The notes: a model not told the origin generated them from the letters alone. Counted from the whole stretch's first letter, positions 43,850-56,290 are shown. The stretch is DNA of 57,686 nucleotides, filler included, from Platydemus manokwari (GCA_037951405.1; 5 parts of 5 records of this genome joined end to end with filler, not necessarily neighbours in it), one strand, 5' to 3'. Numbers and translations: made by a program.

Positions 43850-46685
43850 CTAAAATTATAAAGCAAGTCTTTGTAAAATTTCGAATAGCAGCAATAAATG
43901 AATTTATTCTTTTAAAAATAAGTATTTTTAGTTAGAATTATTTTATTTTTATTTCCAATATCATGCATTTACAAACGCATATAGCGGAAATTCGTACGAC
44001 ATATTATTTATCTAACTTAACATTCAATACGATAAAATAGATTGAGATATGATACGAATATTTCCTGACTTTTTTAGCTGTTCCATCTGTGGTTAAGCAA
44101 ATCATAAATATTTTAAATATTAAATAAATAGCAGAAAAGAACTATTTTATATGAATAAAGAAAATTTTCAACTAGTTAGTTCTTTTTGTCAAAATGGATT
44201 TCGAAGCCGAGGGGAAAATGACTCGACTCCGATTCTAAGTAACGTGCTCTGTCTGTGAATTCAAAGAATTCTCTTAAATTGTCCTATCAATTTTCATATT
44301 TCAAATATTTTTAACGTAACGTATGGAAATTTTAAATTTTCTCTGTCAAAATAATAAATACATTAAAATAACCGATTTATAACTATTACCGTTAAATGGG
44401 TTTGCAGTTTAAGTTATAATTAAGGGGTACAATTTGTAAAAGATATTTATCAACATGACTTCAAAATCGGCGTTCAATATGGCTAACAATATCTTGAAAA
44501 AATAAATAAAGTAACTAAATAGAAATAATAAATATTTTGAAAATTAATTATAATTATTATTAATCATAATCATAATAATATTTAATTATAATTACATAAT
44601 AAGATCAATAATATGAATGCTAAAGTAAGCAATTGTAGTAAATTCTATTATTATATAAACAGTTTATAATGCAGACGTCCTTGATTTCGTTGACTGTAAA
44701 AGATCTCTAATGTCTGCTTAGACCTAAATGTGATTGGTTCTATTGTCTACTGCTTGAATTCAGTTTAGTGATTTTAATTTTTAATTACATTCTAGTTAAA
44801 TTAGATTCAAGCTAAAGTATATGATATTAAAAAAATTGGAATTAAATAGACGCTTGAAATAAATAAGAAGATCAATATATTTTTATTAGTATAATAATTG
44901 ATTTTTTTAAATTGACAAGTAACTGCGTTCCGAACAATTTTAAGGTTAATGTTACTCTTATTTGTATTAATATGCATCTTATGACCTTATCTTTTTTATA
45001 TTATTATTATTGTGTTATTATTTTAATCGTTTATTTTTCTATTAATATTTTATTTATTGTTTTATTAATATATAATAAAAAATCTTAACAGTTAAATTAC
45101 ATTTATATTTAATACCATATCAATTCTTTAAGTTACTTAAAGGAACGTCAAATTTGTATTCACAATCACAAATAAAACAAAATATTAGAAACTTATGTTG
45201 GGAACTTGTAAAATACTCAGATTTCCTTTGCAAAACCAATTTCCATCCAAGATTCACGTATTATTTTTATTTATAAATGTATCTAAAAAGAAATTCTGCG
45301 AAAACTATAAGTTTCACCTGTGCAATATTTAATAATGTCAAAATTATATTTATAAATATACAAATATATATTGTTCAATAATTTAAAACAAAAATATTTT
45401 CTGGCAAAGAACTTCAAGCTTAAATAATTAAAATTCCCCATAAATCCTTATTTATCAGGATTATTGATGAAAAAGAAGATATTAAAATATAGAAGAATTA
45501 GAGTTTTTGTGTAATGAGATAAGTAGAGCATTCGATACAGAGTCCATTAAGAAAATCAAAGATTTTAAAGAAAGGGGGTGTGAGATACTTTAAATGAATT
45601 AATTTTTTAATGATAATTTAATTAAAATTTTATATAAAATTAAATTTATTGGCTTAAATATTTAAATAGATTTTTGGTGTCTTGACTTTTCGGTTCGTTT
45701 TTAATGTGTGGTTCTTAAAATAGTACCAGGTAACAGTATAAATGTATTTTTTGCTGAATTTTCAATTTTAAATGAGGTACCTACTGTTACCATTTCGTAT
45801 ACCAGCTTCGAACACTTGACCCATATTTTGAAATCCATTATCTAATTATACACTATTCATGATTTTGTTTAAAAGACAGAATTTTATTAGTTTCATATCA
45901 TTGAGATCTGGGAAAATTTTCCCGTTATAAAAAATATTTGAAATAAACAACAACAAATTGATTGTGCCTTGAGAAAGGAAAACATTGTTGTCATTTAATT
46001 GTTTATGTAAAAACGGATTTTGGACAAAATTTTGATTTTCTTGATTTTTATTTTATAATTTCAGTAATTTTGTTTTTCGTTGTTTAATGAAATGCAAGAG
46101 ATATACAAAGAGAATCAATGAGTCAAAAGAGTTGAAAACGATTTCAATGCAAAGGATTTATATTTTAATTTCAGTTTAGACTAGACTTTGGATTTTTTTT
46201 TCGATTTCCTGCCTGGAGAAATGAAAGGACATTAGAGTATTTATTAGAAGTAAAATTTTAACCTCCACAAATAAATCTGCAGTTTTAATGCAGTTCTAAC
46301 GTTGGTGTTTCTTTCCTGTTGCTTAATCTATAAATTAATTCATTTATTTACTTATTACTAGACGTTTTCAATGACGGTTGTTAATAACATTGGCAAATAT
46401 GATGAATTTTGTACCAATTTCTTACATTTGAGAAAAATCAAGAGATAAAACATAATTTTAAAATGATTTATTAAAATCTTTATAATAAAACAGTTTGTTC
46501 AATTATCGAAATCTTGAACCCCGGTAACATTTTTTCCTATATTATATTCGTACACATCTGACATGTTTAATTACAAACGACTTATTAACTTGTAGATAAA
46601 CCAACAGATAATACACCGAGATAAACATTCTAGAATTTGAACTTTCAAACTCATCGTATATATTTTAAATGGAAATAAAAATTTT

Positions 46686-47288
46686 GGCTTAAGTTAAGAA
46701 AATGGGTCCTTTGACCTACTTTCATTATAATGAATTTTCGCGCATCAGATAATTTTATAACTTAATTTTATTTATAATTGCAGTGTTTGATTTATTCGTA
46801 TAATTCGGTTAATATCTCATATTTTAAGATGTCCGATAGTGACAAAACATAATTTAAAAACCAAGTTCCCATTCTAATCACAACACTTCTATATGATTAT
46901 TTGAGTTTTTAAATTTAAATTTTTATAATTATAAATCGAGCTAGTTAATTACAGATACGTTTAATAATATCATTGGTTATTTTTATAAAATAACTGTAAA
47001 AATTGATAATATCTCTCAATTTGCTTCTAATGTTAAAAAAAGAGTGCTCGCCAATTTTCAATAAATTGCAATTCGACCTACCGCTTTTCAAATAATCGAA
47101 TTTCAAGAGATTTTAAACATCTAGTACATTTAATATTCGATTTCAAATAACTAAAATTCTTCTTAAATAATTAAATAAAAAATTGAAAATTTTTTTAAAG
47201 AATATAACTAAATAAACTATATCGATTTTTGCAATACACTCAACTATTTTCAAATTCTATTTTAAGACCTCTTTTCTTAGCTTTAGCC
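46686..47288 (-). mobile_element. ~600-bp MITE, copy 3 (inverted)
   Basis: Starts GGCTTAAGTTAAGAAAATGGGTCCTTTGACCTACTTTC, the reverse complement of the end of copies 1 and 2, and ends GACCTCTTTTCTTAGCTTTAGCC. Confidence 0.85.
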
Positions 47289-47504
47289 AAAGTTGTTTTG
47301 GTAGGCATCGAATATTGATCGAATCAAATAACAATCCTTTGTTGTTGGATATTTGTTTGAGAGTTTCTATTATTCTGAAATAATTTCCAAACACAATTCA
47401 CCATTCGTATTTTAAAAACTAAAAACTAAAAACAAATTCGTCTTCGGTTTTTGAAAAAAAGTTTGCTAATAATTATTTTTAATAAATTAAAACAAAGTGA
47501 AATC

Positions 47505-47518
47505 GGCGGGAATTTGAA
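47505..47518 (+). promoter_or_regulatory. Composite E2F/CDE + CHR (DREAM-type) motif GGCGGGAATTTGAA
   Basis: A GC-rich E2F-like GGCGGGAA directly followed by CHR TTTGAA in a very AT-rich background. The target gene is uncertain because a linker lies between this site and THOC3. Confidence 0.3.
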
Positions 47519-48118
47519 ATTATGAATGTTGGCAATTACGTATATGCAGTTGGATTTTCCATCTCATTTCAGGAAATCAGAAATTGAAAACAAAACAAGA
47601 AATCATACGAAAAACCATTGTTGTTTGTTTCGGTATGTCTTTGCGTTAATCAATTAATCCCATTGATTCAAACAACTAATGTAGTCATCACTATATTTAA
47701 ACAATTATACTCGTTCGTCTACAAAATGAAATTACAGCATAATTGTTGATATTTTACAACTATTAGAGTTTTTTGATTTGAGCTTTATTGCTAATTTTTT
47801 TTGTTCTTCTATTTTCAAAATCAATCTATCGACTATGAAGAAATGATTTCTTTGTGGATCTTCTGAGTAAAAATCCGATTAAAAGAAATTCCATGTTAAA
47901 TATTGAATGCTTAATTTTACTGATATTTTTATGAACAAAATATTATTTTTCATTGAGCAAACTAAAAATAAAATTTCTACACTAATCCGAGTTTTATTGA
48001 TTTTTATGAGAATTCTTTCTTTGTTAATATTTTTTCCATGAACGAAAACAATTTAAAAATCAAAACTAATCCTTATTGTGAACAAGCTATTAATAATAAT
48101 TATAAAGAAAGAGTAAAT

Positions 48119-48218
48119 NNNNNNNNNNNNNNNNNNNNNNNNNNNNNNNNNNNNNNNNNNNNTTAATTAATTAANNNNNNNNNNNNNNNNNNNNNNNNNN
48201 NNNNNNNNNNNNNNNNNN
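48119..48218. other. Artificial contig-joining linker
   Basis: N44-TTAATTAATTAA-N44. Confidence 0.95.
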
Positions 48219-48353
48219 AATACTTTATTTAAAAGTTATTAGCACGATTGATGGAAATTCAAAGATATATAGGATCTTATAAATTAACTTTCTAGTTACT
48301 GCTTTTGTTTAAATAATAATACTATTATAAGTAAAGTTTTTAAATATATTAAA

Positions 48354-50280
48354 ATGTCAACTGAATATGCTCAAGTTGTAAAACAAATCTTTACAAAAAG
48401 TAGTCGATTAAGAGATCAGCGAATTTATAATAATAAAGTGCACTCACTTGGATGGAGTGCAGATGGTTCAAAATTAGGAACAGGCTCTTCGGATAGAGCG
48501 ATTAACATATTCTATTTAGATAATTACAGCCTTGTAATATTATTTATTCATTTTTTTCATAAATAAGTATTAAGACAAAAGGGTCAACAATTCGTGGCCA
48601 TAGTAATGCCGTTGATCAACTACGTTGGCATCCAACTGACTCCCATATATTTAGTACAACTGGAGCTGATGGTTCTGTCAGATTATGGGATACTCGAACT
48701 TCTAACAAGTCCATTGGCTTAATGCAAGGCAAAGGAGAAAATATTAATTTAGCTTGGTCACCAGACGGAAATACTCTGGCTGTGGGTAATAAAGAAGATC
48801 TGGTATTAGATTAAAATATCAGAATCCATTATTTCAGTTATAGGTTTCTTGGTTAGATGTGCGCAAAGGCTTAGAAGCAATCCACGTCGAACAGTTTAAA
48901 TGTGAAATTAATGAATTTTCCTGGAATAACGATGGGGACTATTTTGTTCTTACTACCGGATTGGGAACTCTTTATTTTTACAGGTAAAGTAAATGAACAG
49001 CATTGTCATAAATTTAAGCTATTTAGCTTTCCAAATTTGAAGCGAGAATATACTTTGAAGGCACACGCAGTCAATGTTATTTGTTTACAATTTGATCCAA
49101 CCGGAAAATATTTTGCAGTTGGATCAGCTGATGCAGTCGTTTCAGTGTGGGATATTTCTGAAACAGCTTGTATTGGAACTTTGTCGAGGTTATTATTTAT
49201 ATTTGTTTTCTTTTATTCAAGTTAATAATTTAATTTTAAATTAATTTATTAATTAATATGATTTTCTAAACTGTCTAAATCATCGGACAAAATTTCTTAT
49301 TGTACATTGAAAAATTCTTAATTTAAATAATATTTTTTTTAATAAAATTATTGAATGTTTATAAATTATATAAAGCTTGTTGGAAATGTATAAGCTTTGA
49401 TTAAATATTTGTTATCCTCAAACCGAATTTATTTAAAAATAATTTATTTCTCAATTAATTAAAATCAAATTAAACATGTTTTATAAAAAATTCTTCGTTC
49501 ACAATAAGGATTCATCCCTAATTGCTTAAAATTTATAGCTACAAATAATAAGAGATAAAAAAGTACTTTCTGACATTGAAAAACATTTTTACACGTTTAA
49601 GATATTTATTGTTTCTTTCTGGATTCGTTAAAAATCATTTCTCAAAAAATAAATTTGAGAGAAAAATTTTCTTAAAAAAATCTTCCCAAAATAGATTTTT
49701 ATCATTGTGAAATATCTTAATTTATTTCTCTGTCTGTCATTCGATACCGATTAGAAATTTCTTAGTTACAAATCGATTTTTATCCATATCTTACAGAATG
49801 ATTTTGATTGGTCAAATTTTATCACATAAATTGATGTGTTGTTTCAGTGGATACTTTTAAAATTTTTTCTCAAAAAAACTCATTTTTATTTTTTTTAATG
49901 AGTGCTTGGATTCGAATTCGAGTGGCTCTGTGTTCGTATTTCACTGTTAAAAAGATTGAAAAAAATTGTCTTCTTCCAGACTTGAGTGGCCTTTGAGAAC
50001 CGTTGGGTTTTCATGTGATGGTCGAATGATTGCATCTGGAAGTGAGGATCATTTCATCGATATTGCAGAAGTCGAAACGGGAAATCAAATCTATAAACTC
50101 AATACAAATTCAGCCGCTTTCACATTGGCTTGGCATCCAAAAGAATATCTGCTCGCATTCTCTAGCGACGATAAGACCAATGAGAGAGATCGAGATCAAG
50201 GCTCGGTCAAGATGTTTGGAGTCAATCAGTCGACAGATAGCCTTCTGCCAGCAGCATTTAAATTCGATGTTCCTCTTTAA
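48354..50280 (+). CDS. THOC3: THO complex subunit 3 (TEX1 homolog, WD40), complete, 336 aa; exons 48354-48533, 48575-48802, 48844-48983, 49027-49188, 49980-50280
   Basis: All introns are GT-AG (41, 41, 43 and 791 bp) and in phase, giving a 1011-nt CDS. THOC3 signatures: KVHSLGWSADG, RGHSNAVDQLRWHP, KGENINLAWSPDGNTLAVGNKED, AHAVNVICLQFDPTGKYFAVGSADAVVSVWD, SRLEWPLRTVGFSCDGRMIASGSEDHFIDIAEVETG, FTLAWHPKEYLLAF. Confidence 0.97.
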
Positions 50281-53167
50281 ATTAAATAAATGAATTCCTC
50301 GTCTTAAATTATTATTTTATTATCGTCCAATAATTAAATTATTATTTTAATTTTTCCTAATTCAAGTTGACTTCTGCTAAATGATCGCAGATCGTAAGAT
50401 TCTTCGAGCTTTTTAACTGTTTTTATCGAGCATTTTTTGAGCTCAACACCAATAAGGAAGTCCTAAAAATTTAAAATTTTGTGGCGGGTAAATTTTTGTC
50501 GTAGTTTTCCATATCTAGATGATTTGAAATGTTATTTTTGTTTTACTTTATTAATATTTGTAGAAATAATTTTTCAAACGTTTTTCACAAATGCAACACA
50601 ATTTTTTTCAAATTGTCCAGCTAAAAACAAAAAATGTTGTATTTGGTTGCATTTTAATGTTGAGAAACCGGCATACACGGCCATGGGAAATAATCTTTTA
50701 TTGAAACGAAATGAAATAGTATTGTCGGTCGCTAGATAAATTAATGTCTAGTTTTAATGCATACATCATTTCAGTAATTAAATACGAAACTTTGAAGGAG
50801 ATATGGCGAAGTTTGGTTTGGTTTAATAAATGTGACGAAGCTAATATTGGGTTCTTGTAACCAATCATTTGCTCAACAGAGTAAATTCATGTTAGTTTTG
50901 CTGAAGACTTATTAAAACAAGATCTATACACTATAACTTCTATTATTAATGTACGATTAATAGCTACCAATTTCAATATGAACAACAACCTTTATAGCCC
51001 ATAATCTATTTTCGAAATATCAAAATCAACCTCAATTAAATGCAAAAAATTATTTACTTTCAAACCCAAACAATTTTAAACTGAAGAATTTACTAAATTT
51101 AGCCCACATTTGAAAATAAAAAATAGAAACAAGGCTATCATTTATTGCCCCAAAAGTGAACCTTTGAATAATTTTAGATTTATATAATTTACTTTCGGAT
51201 GTCAATTTAGTCGTTTCCTACCAAATGAATTTGACTCCAGAAATCCACAAATATCGATATTGTTAAAACGGTGCAATAATTTGGATTAACCGACAAATAA
51301 TAGTAATTTTTACTTTGTGTCGTATTTTACTTGGAATATTGAATTTCTTATTTCAATGTAAAATTTTGTCGATTATATATTTATGAATACTAATTCTTTG
51401 GGAAATTAATTATAAAGATAAATAACGCCATTGAATTAACCAGTGCAGTAAAATCATACATTAATAAATTCCCAATAGAAATAGAATTTCTCCAAAAATT
51501 AATAATTTATTGACATTTAAAATAAACAGGTTGACTTTAAATCACATTGAAAGCTCGAGTGCAGGAAGATCAGAGCGAACTAAAATTAAATACGTAGAAG
51601 TTTGTGGATGTTCCCTGCCAATGACTCACTCAACCATTTATTATATAATCATTGATAGAGAGTGTCAGTTCTGTTGCGGTTTAGAGTCTATAGTATGTTT
51701 ATTTAGTATGTCTATATATGTATATGTGAGTTCGATACTACCGGTTGAAGTGCAATGTCTAACCGGTAGGTGCGCGCCCTTAAGATTATAATATAATAAT
51801 ACACTAAATAAATACAACAATGATGACAATAAAATGTATTTTCTGTTATAACAATTTACAAATATTAAAGTTTTTGAACTCTACTACAAATATGATAAAA
51901 TCCCTTTAAAATTTTAAACAAAATTATTCATCCAATCAAACAAAATTTCAGATTGTTTAGAACACGCAGATTACGAAAATGTGTTCAGCAAGGGAAGGCT
52001 CAGATAGCAAACCTCCTTTACGTAGATATATGATTTTAAATTATTATATATTATATTTACTCAAATCACACCTTCTATATTTATTTTTATCGACGTTTGC
52101 ACCTTTTACAGAGTTCTTTTTAAAATAGTTTAGTCCTTTTAAGATCGTCTAGTAATTTTTGTGAGTGTGAAATTTGTGATTTTGGCTTTCCTTATATAGT
52201 ATTTTCTAGGACGGATTCTGAGTAATCGTTTTTGATTATTATTTTCTTTTTCCCTATTGGATATTAAAATTATTTTACAAATTAAAAATTTTAATTTATT
52301 TTTCACCCTTATTATTCACAATCTTTTTCTTTTTCTACTACATTTAAAATTCCAATTTTCGCATACTATTATTTATGGAAATTATTTTATTTTTTATTAT
52401 CTTGTTCAAAAATTATTTTCTTTTTACTTCATGGTTTTGTTATTATTATTATTCCTCGTAATAGTTTTTTTATATATAATTTGAAAATATAATTATATAA
52501 TTATTTTTATGTCCAACATATAATTTTCGTGGTTTCATAATTTTCATTGTTTTATATACAATTTTCAAAATTTCTTTACATATCAATAAGTCATGCAAGA
52601 TTAAAAGAGTCAGATTAATCACAAAAAATAAGATATAGTCAAATAATTACTAAAAGTAAAATATAGGCCAATATTTGTCACTTATCTATGTCTACCTTCC
52701 ATCTGGATTGTAGGCTTTGATAAGAGAGGGTTGATTGAGACTACTGGGGCTAGACCTTCTGATATGCTGAAGATAAAGGTGATAAAAATGATATTGTTGA
52801 GCTTGAGCTTGATTTCATTCTGTAACAGTACTAGTTATTTTGGAAGTCAAAATTCAGTGATTCGTTAGTTGCGGAGAGCCCATGTGTTTAGTATATTGCC
52901 AATGTGCTCACAGAAGTAATGAAGTAATTGAAGTAATTTTCTTTGCTATAAAATATTATTTAAAAATATATATTTCTTATATTTTCAACGTCCTTGTGGA
53001 AAATTCATCACCGATACTACCAAGGAGAGATGAATCCAATACTTTTTCTTTGAAGTTGTAATCCTAGGTTGAGAGCCTAAAATAAAATTTGTATTTCCTG
53101 TGTGGTTATAATATACTTTATTATTAATTTACCTTGGTTTTCAGTTCATGTACGTTTTGTTGTTAAA

Positions 53168-54290
53168 TATGAAACGTTTTGGGGTCACTCTCTTTTGGTT
53201 TATTATTTATTTGTTTTAATTGAATCGATTTCACGACTTAATCAGTGTTCTGAGTCCGTTATCGACCCTCAGGTAGCAGTTATGTTTTTAATTATTTGTT
53301 CGCCTCGACGATCACTTCTTATATGACGATAAGTGGATCGGCGTAGAAATCGATATTTGTATTTTAACTTTATCTTTTTGATCTTAATACTACTTTCATC
53401 ACTCGGTCCTCACTCGTTTAATCAGTCTCTATTTTATTCTCTCAATAAAATTATTCCCAAATAGGTGATGAATGATACTGATATTCACTATATGAATTTA
53501 TGATACCTTATATCAAATAACAATTCAACAAGTCAACTCGATTTTTGGTTATGAATTTTTATTGTGATTACAATTATACATCAAGTACTACTTTTATACA
53601 ATTATGGAGCTATAAATTACTACTTTTACTATGCAATTATTACAATGAATACAATATACAATGGGTTTAAATGCTACTTATATACACTCAAACGCTGGAC
53701 TAATTCGATGTGCAAATGAAATGGAAGCAGATGTTGGACAAAACAGTTACCCTTCGTGCTATTGGGTCAGTGTCCGTTTCTTCAGAGTTTTTCCGAGCTC
53801 GGCTCGATAAATAGGAAGAGTATGCGAGATAGATAAGGATATATTGATTTTACAGTAACTATTCTTACTTGATCTTGTCCCCAGATGAGTAGTATTATTA
53901 AATACTCTTCCTATAAAATTATAGGGCATAAGCTGGAACTACAGCTGCAGAGAGATTGACGGCTTTGACGGCGATAATTAACTTCGAGTCTTCTCAACAC
54001 ACTATTCTAGTGGTTTCTTCTAAACGGGTTAGTGGTTTCGGTATAATAGGGCAAAGGCGTATGATGTTTTACTGCCTTATATATGTTTTGGTGAACAATT
54101 GGATTTTATTCGGGCTGAATAAAATATGCGGGTGGCTTTTATTCTTTATTGTGACAAATTCTCACAATTCAAAATAATTTTCTCTCTGCCTGAGTTACCG
54201 TGCGAGTTTTATTGTTGGGTATCATTTTAATATACGGGTAATTTTTGGAAAAATAGGGGTTTTAAAGATTAGATTTTTTAGTCGTTAGGC
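53168..54290. repeat. ~1.1-kb structured non-coding element, copy 1 (candidate ncRNA or solo LTR)
   Basis: Colinear homology blocks with 55134-56290 and 57480-57686, many conserved hairpins, and no conserved ORF. Boundaries are approximate. Confidence 0.75.
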
Positions 54291-55133
54291 AGAAAATGAA
54301 AATAATTAACTTATTTTCATTTTAATTAATTCCATTTTATCTAAATTTTAACCAAAATTAACTAAATTTTTATCCTAAATTATTATCATATTAAAATATG
54401 ATAAAATATTTAACTGTAATTATTATTATTATCCAAAATACTTAATATTTTAACTAAAACATTCAATATTCTAATTTAAGACAGATTTTCTTAACTATTT
54501 CTTATTTTTAACTTCAACTAAATATTATTATTTTTAAACGACTAAAAACTTCCAATTAATTAAGGGTTTAAGACTATTCTGCTTCGAAGAATAATCAACG
54601 AGATAAAAAGATAAGATAATATTTGCATATCAGAATTATTTACAATATCCATAAAAAATAATACTTATATACACCAAAATCAATATCAATCAAATGTTTT
54701 TCAGGAGTCATTTTCTCGAAAGCCCAATAAATACAAAGGGAATCTACTTTAAAATATCAAGTTTTTAAATCTTAAATAACATAACAAACATTTTACTGTC
54801 GAGATAAAATTAGTTCTTGATCGATTGCGGAAAATGTTTACAATATTTTGTCTAAGGCGTTTGCGTAAAATATTGATAAAATTCACAGAAATATCAAACT
54901 AAGTTTTTCAATAATAAAAAATTACTTACAATGCCAAATTTTGTAATTGCAACCTTCGTTTCCTTGCTTAACTTGGTGATACAGCGATAATTGTTATAAT
55001 CTTCCCATTTGATAACATGATTTTTATCCCTCATTGTAGTTCAATGACTTAGAGTCATTGTTTCTCAAACACCAGTGGGAGTTTTACAATCTCATGAAAA
55101 CTAAAATTAATAATATTATTATCATTATTATTA

Positions 55134-56290
55134 TTGTTCGATTTTGGAGTTGGAGTTTTTTGAGATATTTTATTTCGTTTTTATTTTGATTTTTGATTAT
55201 GTAACATCAGAATCTTATCAGTCTCTCGGAGTTCTCAAAAACCTCAGATATAAAATAAACCCTTTGTTTCCTTATGATCTTTCTTCGCCTTGATCGTATC
55301 AATCTTCATATGAAGACGGGATGATCGGCTTAATGATATTGCTTTTGATTTTATCAGTCTCTTATTTTTATTATTTAAACGCCTCTTTACACCCTTTTAA
55401 AAAAGAATAAGTTGACAATGAAATGATTTTTATTAAACTAATGAAATGACACTTGCCAAATCTAAAAGTCAACTCGGTTATGTTGACTAAAACTTTTATT
55501 GCTAATAAATTACAACTAAAAATGTCTACTTTGATACAATTATATGAATTACTACAACTATGTTTAAATATAACAATACTTTTATACACTACAACGACAA
55601 GGGTTTAGCACAATTCTGGACAAAGCTCCGGTTAACAATGCTCACAAGAGGAGTAGAATTGTTTATACAAGGACTTTGGGTTTAACCCTATAAATAGGAA
55701 GAATATACGACGTTGATGTTGTAAATATGTCAATGAACTTATAGAAATTATCTTACTCGATCCTTGGTCTTCTCCTCGAACAAATTGATTATGAATTATC
55801 AAAATTGATTCTCCAGATAAATCTGGGCATATACTGGTAGCAAGGAAATTGACTTCGGCTTGGTCGGCTTCGGCAAAGGAATACTTCGAATTTTTGATAA
55901 CAAGCACACTACGATAGTGGTTTCTGTCTATTTCTCTGGCAAGGCCTATTGGTTTTAAGGGCCTATTTATACGGGATTTTATTGATGGCAAATTTTGATT
56001 AAAATGCGTGCTCTTTTCATTTTAATCCGAATGAATATCTTTTGACTGCGGGTTGTCAGCGCATTATACGGGTGGATTTTTGATATCCTTTATTATTTAA
56101 TAAAAGGAATTTATTTTATTCAGAGGTTTATTTCTTGTTGCCAGCTGAATTCATTTATTTAAAAATAAGGGTAATTTATTTTAATGCGGATGATTTTAAT
56201 ATCAGGGTATTTTTTATAAGGGCTAAATTTTGGTTGTTGGGTGAAATATTTTCGGGTTATTATTATTTTTAGGATTAATTATAAACGGTT
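55134..56290. repeat. ~1.1-kb structured non-coding element, copy 2 (more diverged)
   Basis: Shares with copy 1, in order: CTTATCAGT..GAGT..CCTCAG, TTCGCCT..GATC..ATATGA..GATCGGC, ATCAGTCTCT, TACTTTxATACAATTAT, TGGACAAA, ATAAATAGGAAGAxTAT, TCTTACTxGATC, CACACTAxxxTAGTGGTTT, and a GGG-motif tail. Confidence 0.7.

Noticed and set aside
50030-50293. 87-aa alternative-frame ORF
   Set aside because: Shadow frame of THOC3 exon 5.
53168-54290. Array element as NUMT/rRNA, spliced-leader RNA, H/ACA snoRNA, telomerase RNA or hammerhead/twister ribozyme
   Set aside because: No universal rRNA motifs, no full SL sequence, the ACA box is not conserved in copy 3, the CTAACCC match occurs only in copy 1, and no catalytic core consensus was found.
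55371-55991. ORFs 55632-55991 and 55371-55589 (-), in frame with each other and superficially integrase-like (H...CEHC, VDIFS, RFG)
   Set aside because: They lie within copy 2 of the structured repeat. The homologous copy 1 differs by many indels and stops while hairpins are conserved, so the ORFs are probably incidental.
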